Origin: Eledone cirrhosa
Lineage: Eukaryota
Reading direction: 5' to 3'
Assembly: GCA_964016885.1 (NCBI GenBank)
Contig: OZ024746.1
Location: forward strand, 82,708,001 to 82,772,000
Length of the DNA: 64,000 bases
Shown here: positions 38,867 through 51,844 of the stretch, one piece after another
How the letters are laid out: each line of letters opens with the position of its first letter
Numbering within the stretch: the first letter of the stretch is position 1
Notes under the pieces: model-generated
The model's input: the letters and a program-made list of their open reading frames with translations, nothing else
Databases searched by the model: none
Told to the model about the DNA's origin: nothing
Translations under genes and position numbers: made by a program

Positions 38867-39100
38867 CCATCAGCAGCACTACCACCGCCATCTTTACCGC
38901 CTCCCAAACAACGCACTCCACCATCAACACCACAACCATCTGTATCACCTCCAGCAGAAGCTTCTCTATCAACGCCACCACCACCACCACCACCACCACC
39001 ACCACCACCACTACCACTACGACCACTACCAAAACAACCAGGTCCATAATGAACACCGCCACCACCTCTATCACCTCCAACACAAGCTCCACCACCACCA
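38765..39100. repeat. (CAG/CAC)n complex repeat
   Basis: Direct reading. Confidence 0.8.
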
Positions 39101-39405
39101 TATATATATATATATATAAGATTGCAAGTTTGAAGAACCATTAGATAAAATATATACAGTGTTTCCTCTCCTAGTCCGTATAAATCACCAACATAAAAAA
39201 TCATTTAAACGAGGCTATAAGTTTATGGAGAAATAATAGACAAATGATACAGACCATCTTCCGCGATGGACAGCCATATAAAATTTATCCAGTTATTTCT
39301 TTTAGCCTGTAGAAATTGACTAGACAAATAATTAACTACACAGAGTTAGGTACAAAATAGAAGTTTAAAGAAAAAATGCACATAAACTTTACCAAAATTC
39401 CTTTA

Positions 39406-39491
39406 GTCCCGACCAGCGGTGGTTTCGCTCCATTTTTTTGGATATACCCAATCTTGGATTTATCCATGAGGCTTGGAACTCATCAAGAGAC
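39406..39491 (-). ncRNA. Type I hammerhead-like motif with C3U variant and extended stem II
   Basis: Minus: gtctc-TTGATGA-gttcca...tggagc-GAAA-cca-ccgc-tg-GTC-gggac; all three stems pair. Confidence 0.65.
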
Positions 39492-39722
39492 ACCCCAGTC
39501 TGGACTAAGTTTTCTACCATGATCCCCGCCAAAAATGAATTCAAAATGGCTAAGAACCATCACGTGGCCAGCGGTTAAGGCAGAAGATTTGTGATTGGAG
39601 CCTGTCGGCGAGTAGGCTGGTTGCTAAAAAGCGCAGAGCCGGATACTGCCTAAAGTTTTACTCAACCTTACGGGAGTATATATTAAATTCGAAGGGGTAT
39701 ATATATAATTAGACATAGTCAC

Positions 39723-39767
<45 letters not shown>

Positions 39768-39907
39768 AAACTTGGACGGGAACAAAAACAGAGAGGCTGT
39801 ACAAACAAAGGTTTATTAGGTTCACGCTCTTGAGAGTGGGGTGGGGTGGGTGGGGAACATATATATATATATGTATGTATGTTTGTATGTATGTATAACA
39901 GTCATGG

Positions 39908-40025
39908 GTAAAGGCGCTGGGCTTAGTGGTTAAGAATTGGATTCACAATCGTGAAGTTGCGAGTTCTGCTCCCAGACAGTGCGCGTTATTTTCTTAAGCA
40001 AGACATTTTATTTCAGGTTGCTTTT
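39908..40025 (+). mobile_element. Decayed CORE-like SINE head
   Basis: ggcttagtggttaag A box; ttcttaagcaagacattttatttcaggttgct. Confidence 0.55.
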
Positions 40026-40158
40026 TCTGCCAGAAGTTGCGACCGGTAGATAGTATCAGCAATGGAAAGAACAATGGAAACATTGTTTCCTTGGTCCGAT
40101 TTGCCGAATGAGGTCTAGGATCTTGTTGATTGATTCGATCGATCGATACCGACACTCG

Positions 40159-40192
<34 letters not shown>

Positions 40193-40232
40193 GTATATAT
40201 ATATAAGTATTTGTGAGTGAAAATACATATAA

Positions 40233-40416
40233 ATGTTTCTACTTTTGGCACAAGGCCAGCAATTACGCAGTGCATTACTGGTACTTTATTTTATCGACCC
40301 TGTAAGGATGAAAAGCAAAGCAAACCTCGGCGGGATTTGAACTCAGACCGTAAAGGGCCGTAACTCTATGTTGCAAAGCACGGTGTCCGATCTTCTATCG
40401 ATACTACCAATCCGTC
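40233..40416 (-). mobile_element. Major SINE, short variant
   Basis: Direct match to family. Confidence 0.9.
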
Positions 40417-41099
40417 GCAAATACATATAATGATAATGGTGATATACATATATACACATGTATACATATAAGGTGGTGATGGCAATATAAATAAACATAT
40501 ACATACACATATCCACCCACATCCACACTCATACATCCACACACACACACACACACACTAATGCACGCGGGCGTGTACTCCCACACACACACACACCGAG
40601 ATGAGTGAGTAGAGTGTGCAATGTGTAGACAAGTTTCGGGGATACACGCTTGACTCTTTTTTGTTGACGTTGCAATGAAATTAAAATGACCAATCTGAAA
40701 CTAAATTATCAAGCTAGTTTTTCATGGAATATATTCATTGACTGTGTAAAGAGGCTGTTCACCCTATGCCGACACGCTTTTGGGTCGCACGAGGCTTTAT
40801 TACGCACCAGCACACCCGATTGCACAACTGACATAATGTGCAGTCGCACACATCACGCACACGACAGCTCTCTATCTATCTCTCTCTCTCTCTCTCTCTT
40901 TGTCTGTCTGTCTGTCTGCCTCCTCTCTCTCCCCTTCTCTCTCTCAATGTACATGCATACATATATACATCTCTCTCTCTCTCTCTTTCTCTCTTTCTGT
41001 CTTTGTCTGTCTGTCTGTCATTTTGTCTACCTCTCCCCCTCTCAATGTACATACATACATATATACATATCTATCTATCTATCCATCTCTCTCTCCCCG

Positions 41100-41215
<116 letters not shown>

Positions 41216-41502
41216 GTATGCATGTATATATCCAACATACCCGGAGCGAATACGTCGAATTATGACGAAAGGGGATGATCTTAACATAATAATAAGAATT
41301 TCTGACGCAAACACAAGGTCCTAAATTTCAGGAAAAAGAGTACTATCGATTTAATTGATCCCGTTACTTGACTGGTACTGACTTTATTGACACACAGAGC
41401 ATAATGGGATGTATGATTATAGCATTTAACTTTAAAAAGTATAGATATTTTTAAAATACCTCCTCTATCTACAGACCCACCGAATAAAAAGCAATGTACG
41501 GT

Positions 41503-41568
<66 letters not shown>

Positions 41569-41819
41569 CATTGTTATATTTTAGGAGGGCCATGCTGCTA
41601 ATAAAAACACACGCACCTGCATGCATTTTTATTGGCAGCATGACCCTCCCAAATTATAACAATATCTGTTTCAACACACATTTTCAGATAAGAAATCTTG
41701 CAAAACAAATTAAAAAACGTCACACACACACACACACATATATATGTGTATGTATATATATATATATATATATATATACATACACATATATATATGTGTA
41801 TGTGTGTGACGTTTTTTAA

Positions 41820-41879
<60 letters not shown>

Positions 41880-42606
41880 GTCTCTTAACTTAGGAGTTCG
41901 ATAAAAGTAGATTGATGAAATAAGTACTGGGGTACTTGGTGCTTCTGTAGAACCACAGTCTACTGACTGAATTACTGAAACCGGTAAAAGAGTAAAAGAG
42001 TAAATTTGTAGATCTTCATAAATGCATTTTATTGCTTTAAAAATTTCAATTATGTTTTGGATTTCGTTTCATAGTGAAGATTGTCTAATATGTAACCCTC
42101 CTATATGAAGGTAGGTAGAAGCAGAATAATATAGATAGTGACAAGAAAATATAGTGATATCCTAATGACACCTCTCGTATAGCTGAGAGAGGGGAAAAAA
42201 GAGATAGATAGATACATAGGTAGACTGATCAATCGGTCAATAGATATATAGAGAGAGGGAAGACTAGTGACCTTTAGAAACCGATGTTACAAGAGACATA
42301 TAGTGTGAAGATGCAAGAGGTAGAGAAAGTATTTGTTTTTAAATACGACAAAGAAAACAATGGGAGTTTATGAGCTCAAGCGATCATGTAGTTGTTTCTT
42401 CGCCAGCTCTTTACTCTGTGGTTGATAATTTAAAGAGCAGCCAAGTACCGGGATCGATTAAGTTGACTCTGCTTCCACAACATATTATGTTTATGTTAAA
42501 AATCAATATTTATGATTGTATATGACAGTAATGATTTGTAACTTTGGCGCATCAAGACCACAAAGTTTTGGAGGAGGGCTACAGTCAATTGAATCCATAT
42601 TAGGAC

Positions 42607-42834
42607 AATAATAATTTCTACTATAGGCACAAGGCCAGCAATTTAGGGAGTGGGGGAGGGGGAAGTCGATTAAATCAACCGCAGTGCATTACTAGTGCTT
42701 TACTTTATCGACCCCATAAGGATGAAAGGAAAGCTAACTTCAGCGGAATTTGAACTCAGAACGAAAAGGGCCATAACTCTATGCCACAAAACATGGTGTC
42801 TGACGCTCTACCAATACTGCCAATCCACCGCCCT
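42607..42834 (-). mobile_element. Major SINE, long variant
   Basis: TSD-like atat(t/c)aggacaataat on both sides. Confidence 0.88.
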
Positions 42835-42845
42835 TATATCAGGAC

Positions 42846-43055
42846 AATAATTGTTTCTACTATAGGCACAAGGCCAGCAATTTGAAGGGGAGGGGAAAGT
42901 CGATTAAATAGACCCCAGTGCGTTACTGGTACTTTATTTTATCGACACCATAAGGATGAAAGGCAAAGCTAACCTCGGTGGGATTTGAACTCAGAACGCA
43001 AAGGGCCATAACTCTATGGTGTCTAACGCTCTACCAATACTGCCAATCGACCGCT
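42846..43055 (-). mobile_element. Major SINE, long variant, tandem with previous copy
   Basis: Direct match with a deletion in the head. Confidence 0.88.
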
Positions 43056-43289
43056 CAATAATGGTAATTATTTTATTGATTCCGGTATGATGAAAAGTAG
43101 AGTCAATCCCGGCACCTATATGGCTGATGTGTCTAGATTTGTGACTTATAAAATGACAATCTGGAAAGAATTTATTGTAGTTGGCTTGTCAATATATGTC
43201 AATGTATTGATATTGCTTATTTAGTATGTAAAGGGAGTTTAGTTGTGATGCTATTGTTTTTCATCTTGTGACACCAGCATTAGCTTTCC

Positions 43290-43935
43290 TTTACTGACTT
43301 AATTACTTTACTGACTTAATTAATTCACTTACTTAATTACTTTAGTTCCTTAATTACTTTAGTTCCTTAATTACTTTTTTTTACTTAATTTACTGAATTA
43401 ATTACTTTACTGGCCTAATTACTTTATTTACTTAATTACTTCGCTGACTTAATTACATTAATTAATTACTAAACTTACTTTATTTAGTGTTAGTTTTGGC
43501 GTTAGTCTCATATAAGTGTTAGTGTTGGTGGTGTGTTATTGATAATGATGTGTTAGTGTTGGTGGTGTATTAATGTTGGTGTTGTGTTAGTGTTGGTGTT
43601 GTGTTAGTGTTATATAAGCGTTAGTGTTGGTGTGTTAGTGTTGTGTAAGTGTTGGTGTTGTGTTAGTGTTATGTAAATGTTAGTGTTGGCGTAGTATTAA
43701 GGTTAGTTTAAGTGTCGAATTAGTGTTGGTGTTGTATTAGGGTTAGTGTTGTGTTGTATTAGTGTTGGAGTTGTGTTGTGCTAGTGGTGTATTAGTGTTG
43801 ATGTTGTTTTAGTGTTGGCGTTGTGTTAGTGTTGTATTAGTGTCGATATGCTAGTGTTGATGTTGTGTTAGAGTTAGTGTTAGTGTTAGTTCTGAGTGTT
43901 AGTGTTAGTTCTGTGTTGGTGCTATTTCTGGTGTT
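43290..43935. repeat. Degenerate (cttaattactt)n then (gtgtta/gtgttg)n repeats
   Basis: Direct reading. Confidence 0.8.
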
Positions 43936-44467
43936 GCATCATCGTATAACTAATTCTAAATAAATAGTATATTATTTATTGAGAACTTATATTGAACATA
44001 AAACATTTATATACTTTCAGTTATGTTAAAATGCAAATTCTTCCAACGAAAGACATGTGAAAAAGAATACAAATACCTTACGTTGATTATTTTTCATATG
44101 TCTTTCGTATCTGCATTCACAATCAGCTTAAAATAAATAGAAAATAAAAAAATATAATGGCGAAAAACCAAACGATATATTTATTTTGCTGACATTCTAA
44201 TCTTATATTCTAAAATTGAAATAGCAATTCTCAATTTTATCTTACAGTTTTCATTAAAATTTGCATTCATCTTCCATATTTTTTTAAAATTCAATTTCTT
44301 GATTCTACATCTTTTCTATTCACTAGTTAACATGTCTGCTTTTCATGTAATAAATTATCTTTTTTTTCCTTCTCTTATTTCTATTAATTATTTCCATGTC
44401 ATTATCTCCTACTCTTGCCGATGTAAATAAACAAAATGATCTGTGTTCATACCGATAGGAAACTCAC

Positions 44468-44509
44468 GCAATGTTCTCAGGTTCACTTTATGAATAGCAA
44501 GCTCGGTTA
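44468..44509 (-). other. Candidate 42-nt symmetric (phase 1-1) microexon
   Basis: Minus: long polypyrimidine tract...gtcctag | exon reading xTELAIHKVNLRTL | gtgagt; unique-sequence context. Confidence 0.3.
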
Positions 44510-45164
44510 CTAGGACAACGGCATGGAAAAAAAAAGAAAGAAGAAAAAAGATGGCGGAAAAATATCCGCAAATTCCGTTTACCGAAAGCATCAAATTACA
44601 TCGCCTATCCGAGAAATTAATGCAATTTGCAACAAAAAGAACTGAATCCTAATGTTTGACAGGATGTAAATAGTGCGTGTTTTTTTCTTATTAAATCTCG
44701 ACCCTCCATTAGAGATCTTTCAAACAGAAAGACAAAAAAAGAAAAAGAAAAAGAACTGACTACTGAATATTGACATCCGCTGATTTCCGGAAGCTAATAT
44801 GTAATCATTAATGGATGGGAAATTGAAATGCAATTGGCTGCATTCATATTTGTTGTGTACACCGGAAACAGCAATCAGATCAGTAGTGTTGGGCTTTATT
44901 TAAGTTTTACATCAATTACTAAATGTTGATTAATAAAAATAGATAAGTCAATAATTGAATAATATATCTCAATGACTGAAACACGAAATAATTGTCGGTT
45001 GATGTTGGTTGACACACAAATGCTCTAAAATGGTTATTTAGCTGATGACTTTTCTCATTCATATCCATTAGAAAGGGATATATTTTCTTTTTCTTTCCTT
45101 TCCCGGCTCCTCTGTTATCTTTCTTCTTTTTATATTATTAACGAAGGAAGAACGGACGGTTAAT

Positions 45165-45380
45165 GGTAGAATCGGTAGATCACCCCCCCCCCCCCAAAAA
45201 AAAATTGCTTTGTTGTATTTAGTTACGCCCCTATACGTTTTGAGTTCAAATGCCACCGGGATCAACTTTTGTCTTTCTTTCTTTTTGGGTTGATAAAATA
45301 AGTACCGGTTATGTACTGAGGGTTGATTGAGTTACCTATAACGCCCACACAAAAAAGACAATGTGATGCCTTGTGACTAA
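45165..45380 (+). mobile_element. Old major-family SINE
   Basis: tgagttcaaatgcc...ttgataaaataagtacc...ccttgtgac. Confidence 0.6.
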
Positions 45381-46321
45381 GTTTATAATATATTTAAAAA
45401 AAACAAAATGTTAATAATTTTTCCGTTTAACTTTTAATGTTTTATCTATCTATTCGTGTGTTATTTTGTCTGGAAAGGAATTAAGAGTGCTGATAGATGA
45501 AAATATAAATGGCTGTGGCCGATAAAATATTGGACAATCGCTCCAGAGATCAGCTCTTCGTGTTCTATCACAACCAAAGCATTGTATCGAACGAATGAAA
45601 TAATGCCTACCGCCCAACTTGCTAGAAACAACAGCCAAATATCCTTTAAATTGAAGCTTCTCAGTTAAAATAAATAAATAGTCCTAGACATATCTCTGAA
45701 AATACCGGATGGTCATGGTTTGAGTGTCTCATTGGTCTGCTCGATCAAAGTTGAACAGGGTTAAACAATAAACAATAAAAATAACAACAAAACAGTAATA
45801 ACAGCATTATGTTCGTTGTCAACCATACTTAATTCTCATTTAGCTGTAATTAAGTTAGGAACAACCTCTCCTGTTCATAATCTTCATGGTTTGAGATCAG
45901 TCGGCTGGAATTTGTGGACGACATAGTACTACTTATCTCGTCGGAAGGTGATTTCCGACAGGCGATTTATAGGTTTGCTGTCGAATATTGTACGGCAGGA
46001 ATGAAAATCAGTTTTACAAAGACAGAGACACTCGTCCCCCGAAGGAAGCCTGCACAGTGCACTCTACATGTGGGTGGAGTTTAACTGAAGCAGGAGGAGA
46101 AGTTCAAGTATCTCGGGGCCGTTTTCAGAGTGATAAAATGCAAGGATTGCAGGAATTGATGTTCGGAGATCAGGCTGGAGACCCAGGGATAGACTACAAG
46201 TAGGATGGTTGGATAACATCCATGAGCTCAGCTGGTTACACTTGGGGATCCTGTCGGATAGGAATGGTTGTTGTATTGATGGTAACTGTATTGGTAGAAA
46301 TATTTACAACAATGGTAATAG

Positions 46322-46702
46322 TAATAATTGTTTCTATTTTAGACACAAGGCCAGCAATTATCCCAGTGCATTACTGGTACTTTATTTTATCGACCCCGTA
46401 AGGATGAAAGGCAAAGTTAACCACGGCGGGATTTGAACTCAGATCATAAAGGGCCGTAACTCTATGCTACAAAGCATGGCGTCCGACCCTCTACCGATAC
46501 TGCCATACCACCGGTAATAATAATTGTTTCTACTTTAGGCACAAGGCCAGCAAATACTCAGTGCATTACTGGTACTTTATTTTATCTACCCCGTAAGAAT
46601 GAAAGGCAAAGTTAACCTCGGCGGGATTTGAACTCAGATCGTAAAGGGACGTAACTATGCTGGAAAGCATGGCGTCCGACCCTCTACTGATACTGCCAAT
46701 CC
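46322..46702 (-). mobile_element. Tandem pair of short-variant SINEs (46322-46512, 46515-46702)
   Basis: Both match the family; outer duplication agaaatatttaca(a/g)caatgg at 46296 and 46710. Confidence 0.9.
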
Positions 46703-46727
46703 TCAAATAAGAAATATTTACAGCAAT

Positions 46728-46860
46728 GGCGTCGGATAGAATGCTTTGTGGTATTTGCTCCGGCTTTTTGCCGAGGTTATCTTTGCCTTACATCCCTTCG
46801 TAGTTGATAAATAAAATACTATCCTAGTACTGGAGTTGATTCTTCTTCATCTCTCTCTTT
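46728..46860 (+). mobile_element. Internally deleted SINE derivative
   Basis: Close copy at 56374-56507; lacks the B box. Confidence 0.75.
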
Positions 46861-46863
46861 TAT

Positions 46864-49851
46864 TGTTGTGGCATTTGTGGTATATGTGGTGGTGGTAATG
46901 ATTGTTGGGGCAATGCCGGTAGTGGCATTGTTGCTGGAGTTGTGGCTGTTGTGACATTTGTGGTATATGTGGTGGTGGTAATGATTGTTGGGGCAATGCT
47001 GGTAGTGGCATTGTTGCTGGAGTTGTGGCTGTTGTGACATTTGTGGTATATGTGGTGGTGGTAATGATTGTTGGGGCAATGCCAGTAGTGGCATTGTTGC
47101 TGGAGTTGTGGCTGTTGTGACATTTGTGGTATATGTGGTGGTGGTAATGATTGTTGGGGCAATGCTGGTAGTGGCATTGTTGCTGGAGTTGTGGCTGTTG
47201 TGACATTTGTGGTATATGTGGTGGTGGTAATGATTGTTGGGGCAATGCCGGTAGTGGCATTGTTGCTGGAGTTGTGGCTGTTGTGACATTTGTGGTATAT
47301 GTGGTGGTGGTGATGATTGTTGGGGCAATGCCAGTAGTGGCATTGTTGCTGGAGTTGTGGCTGTTGTGACATTTGTGGTATATGTGGTGGTGGTGATGAT
47401 TGTTGGGGCAATGCCGGTAGTGGCATTGTTGCTGGAGTTGTGGCTGTTGTGACATTTGTGGTATATGTGGTGGTGGTGATGATTGTTGGGGCAATGCTGG
47501 TAGTGGCATTGTTGCTGGAGTTGTGGCTGTTGTGACATTTGTGGTATATGTGGTGGTGGTGATGATTGTTGGGGCAATGCTGGTAGTGGCATTGTTGCTG
47601 GAGTTGTGGCTGTTGTGACATTTGTGGTATATGTGGTGGTGGTAATGATTGTTGGGGCAATGCTGGTAGTGGCATTGTTGCTGGAGTTGTGGCTGTTGTG
47701 ACATTTGTGGTATATGTGGTGGTGGTGATGATTGTTGGGGCAATGCCGGTAGTGGCATTGTTGCTGGAGTTGTGGCTGTTGTGACATTTGTGGTATATGT
47801 GGTGGTGGTGATGATTGTTGGGGCAATGCTGGTAGTGGCATTGTTGCTGGAGTTGTGGCTGTTGTGACATTTGTGGTATATGTGGTGGTGGTGATGATTG
47901 TTGGGGCAATGCCGGTAGTGGCATTGTTGCTGGAGTTGTGGCTGTTGTGACATTTGTGGTATATGTGGTGGTGGTGATGATTGTTGGGGCAATGCCGGTA
48001 GTGGCATTGTTGCTGGAGTTGTGGCTGTTGTGACATTTGTGGTATATGTGGTGGTGGTGATGATTGTTGGGGCAATGCCAGTAGTGGCATTGTTGCTGGA
48101 GTTGTGGCTGTTGTGACATTTGTGGTATATGTGGTGGTGGTGATGATTGTTGGGGCAATGCTGGTAGTGGCATTGTTGCTGGAGTTGTGGCTGTTGTGAC
48201 ATTTGTGGTATATGTGGTGGTGGTGATGATTGTTGGGGCAATGCCGGTAGTGGCATTGTTGCTGGAGTTGTGGCTGTTGTGACATTTGTGGTATATGTGG
48301 TGGTGGTGATGATTGTTGGGGCAATGCTGGTAGTGGCATTGTTGCTGGAGTTGTGGCTGTTGTGACATTTGTGGTATATGTGGTGGTAGTAATGATTGTT
48401 GGGGCAATGCCAGTAGTGGCATTGTTGCTGGAGTTGTGGCTGTTGTGACATTTGTGGTATATGTGGTGGTAGTAATGATTGTTGGGGCAATGCCAGTAGT
48501 GGCATTGTTGCTGGAGTTGTGGCTGTTGTGACATTTGTGGTATATGTGGTGGTGGTAATGATTGTTGGGGCAATGCCAGTAGTGGCATTGTTGCTGGAGT
48601 TGTGGCTGTTGTGACATTTGTGGTATATGTGGTGGTGGTAATGATTGTTGGGGCAATGCTGGTAGTGGCATTGTTGCTGGAGTTGTGGCTGTTGTGACAT
48701 TTGTGGTATATGTGGTGGTGGTAATGATTGTTGGGGCAATGCCAGTAGTGGCATTGTTGCTGGAGTTGTGGCTGTTGTGACATTTGTGGTATATGTGGTG
48801 GTGGTAATGATTGTTGGGGCAATGCCAGTAGTGGCATTGTTGCTGGAGTTGTGGCTGTTGTGACATTTGTGGTATATGTGGTGGTGGTAATGATTGTTGG
48901 GGCAATGCCAGTAGTGGCATTGTTGCTGGAGTTGTGGCTGTTGTGACATTTGTGGTATATGTGGTGGTGGTAATGATTGTTGGGGCAATGCCAGTAGTGG
49001 CATTGTTGCTGGAGTTGTGGCTGTTGTGACATTTGTGGTATATGTGGTGGTGGTAATGATTGTTGGGGCAATGCCAGTAGTGGCATTGTTGCTGGAGTTG
49101 TGGCTGTTGTGACATTTGTGGTATATGTGGTGGTGGTAATGATTGTTGGGGCAATGCCAGTAGTGGCATTGTTGCTGGAGTTGTGGCTGTTGTGACATTT
49201 GTGGTATATGTGGTGGTGGTAATGATTGTTGGGGCAATGCCAGTAGTGGCATTGTTGCTGGAGTTGTGGCTGTTGTGACATTTGTGGTATATGTGGTGGT
49301 GGTAATGATTGTTGGGGCAATGCCAGTAGTGGCATTGTTGCTGGAGTTGTGGCTGTTGTGACATTTGTGGTATATGTGGTGGTGGTAATGATTGTTGGGG
49401 CAATGCTGGTAGTGGCATTGTTGCTGGAGTTGTGGCTGTTGTGACATTTGTGGTATATGTGGTGGTGGTAATGATTGTTGGGGCAATGCCAGTAGTGGCA
49501 TTGTTGCTGGAGTTGTGGCTGTTGTGACATTTGTGGTATATGTGGTGGTGGTAATGATTGTTGGGGCAATGCCGGTAGTGGCATTGTTGCTGGAGTTGTG
49601 GCTGTTGTGACATTTGTGGTATATGTGGTGGTGGTAATGATTGTTGGGGCAATGCTGGTAGTGGCATTGTTGCTGGAGTTGTGGCTGTTGTGACATTTGT
49701 GGTATATGTGGTGGTGGTAATGATTGTTGGGGCAATGCTGGTAGTGGCATTGTTGCTGGAGTTGTGGCTGTTGTGACATTTGTGGTATATGTGGTGGTGG
49801 TAATGATTGTTGGGGCAATGCCGGTAGTGGCATTGTTGCTGGAGTTGTGGC
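46864..49851. repeat. 83-bp tandem array, ~36 copies
   Basis: catttg at 46872 and 46955; 83-aa super-repeat in three minus-strand ORFs. Confidence 0.97.
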
Positions 49852-49915
49852 GGTGGTATCAGTGATAGTGATAAAGGTGGTAGTATTGGATATGTCAATT
49901 ATTATAGTTAGGGCC

Positions 49916-50008
49916 GAACTTTGCCTTTCATCCTTACGGGGTCGATAAAATAAAGTACCAGTAATGGACTGGGATAATTGCTGGCCTTGTGCCAAAAGTA
50001 GAAACAAT
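49916..50008 (+). mobile_element. Major SINE 3' half
   Basis: aactttgcctttcatccttacggggtcgataaaataaagtaccagt...ccttgtgccaaaagtagaaacaat. Confidence 0.88.
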
Positions 50009-50289
50009 TCTAGTTAGGGCTGTAGTAATGGTTTAGTTGTAGTGGAGGTGGTAATGGTAACAGTGATGGATACGATGATTCTACCGGTGGTTTTAGCAAT
50101 ACTTATAGCAACAGTGGTGGGTGGTATTGTTATTATTATAGTGATGGTGGCGGTGTGAGTGGTCGTCGGATGAGTGAGAGTGGTATCAGTGAGAGTGGTA
50201 TGAGTGGTGGTAGTGTATGTGGTGGTGGGGATCTGATTGGTGGTGGTGATATAGTGGTTGAGGTAATATGAGTTATATCACAGAATGAT

Positions 50290-51599
50290 GATAATGTTGT
50301 TATTGTGGTAGAGGTGGTGGTGGTGGTGATGTTGTTGTTGTTGGTGGTGGTTGTAGTGGTGGTAGTGTTGGCGGTATGGTGTTGGTGTTGGTGGTAGAGA
50401 TGGTGATGGTGGTGGTGGTGGTAGTGTTGGCGGTATGGTGTTTGTGGTGGTGGTAGAGATGGTGATGGTGGTGGTGGTGGTAGTGTTGGCGGTATGGTGT
50501 TGGTGGTGGTGTCGGTGGTGGTAGTGGTGGAGGTGTCGCTGTTGGTGTTGGTGGAAGTGTCGGTGGTGTTGGTGGTGTTGGTGGTGGTGGTGTCGGTGGT
50601 GGTAGTGGTGGTAGTGGTGTTGGTGTTGGTGGCGGTGTCTCAAGTGGTAGTGGTGGTGGTGTCGGTGGTAGTGGTAGTGGTGGTGGTGTCGGTGGTGGTA
50701 ATGGTGGTGGAGGTGTCAGTGGTGGTGGTAGTGGTGGTGGTGTCGGTGGTGGTGGTAGTGGTGGTGGTGTCGGTGGTAGTGGTGGATATAGTGGTGTTGG
50801 TTTAAACATCCACAGACACCAGACACGATTCTGAGCCGCCTGTAATAAATCGCCTCTGTTGACAGAGCAATCAGTTCACCAATTGATCTCTCACTGAATA
50901 ATTTGCTTGTTGTCACATCCATGGCCAAGATGTTGCTACACTACTGAGGAGATGGGGGAAGATAACGGTGCTGCTGATGATGATGGTAATGGTGGTGGTG
51001 GTGGTGATGATGGTGGTGGTGATGGTGATGATGGTAATGGTGGTGGTTGTGATGATGGTGGTGGTGGTGGTGGTGGTGATGATGATGGTGGTGGTGGTGA
51101 TGGTGATGATGATGATGGTAATGGTGGTGGTGGTGGTGGTGGTAATGGTGGTGGTGGTGGTGATGATGGTGGTGGTGATGGTGGTGATGGTAATGGTGGT
51201 GGTGGTGATGATGGTGGTGGTGGTGGTGGTAATGGTGGTGGTGGTGGTGGTGGTGATGATGGTGGTGGTGATGGTAATGGTGGTGGTGGTGGTGGTGGTG
51301 GTGGTGATGGTAATGGTGGTGGTGGTGGTGGTGGTGATGATGGGGGGGGGGTGATGATGATGATGGTAATGGTGGTGGTGGTGGTGGTGGTGAGGATGAT
51401 GATGACGACGAGGATGATGATGATGGTGGTGGTGTTGGTGATGGTAATGGTGGTGGTGGTGGTGGTGGTGGTGATGATGATGATGGTGATGATTGTGCTG
51501 ATGATGGTGATGATGGTGATAATGATACGATGATGATAACGACTAGGATGATAATGGTGGAGGTGTTTGTGGTGGTGATTGATGATGATGATGGTGATT

Positions 51600-51635
<36 letters not shown>
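50290..51635. repeat. Two (GGT/GAT)n complex repeat tracts (50290-50800, 50968-51635)
   Basis: Direct reading. Confidence 0.9.
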
Positions 51636-51637
<2 letters not shown>

Positions 51638-51669
51638 AATAATAGAGAGGGAGTGAGAAAGAGATATAG

Positions 51670-51831
51670 AGGCAGAATCGATCCCAGTACTGGACTGATA
51701 CTTTTTTATCGATCTCGAAACAATGGAAGGCAAAGTTGCCCCCGACAGGATTTGAACTCAGAGCAGAGAGAGTCGGAATGAATACCGCAAAACATTCCAT
51801 TCGACATTCTAACGACTCTGCCAATTCACCG
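51670..51831 (-). mobile_element. Old major-family SINE
   Basis: cccagtactggactgatacttttttatcga...ggatttgaactcag...ctgccaattcacc. Confidence 0.75.
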
Positions 51832-51844
51832 TTAAGATAAGAGC

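Noticed and set aside
38657-39204. PolyQ/polyH transcription-factor exon
   Set aside because: Open in several frames on both strands and runs into (TA)n; no domain recognised
43485-43935. Interstitial telomere
   Set aside because: Mostly gtgtta/gtgttg with only an isolated ttaggg
46819-50007. 1062-aa mucin/His-rich protein
   Set aside because: Read-through of an 83-bp unit cycling through frames; the N-terminus is antisense SINE sequence
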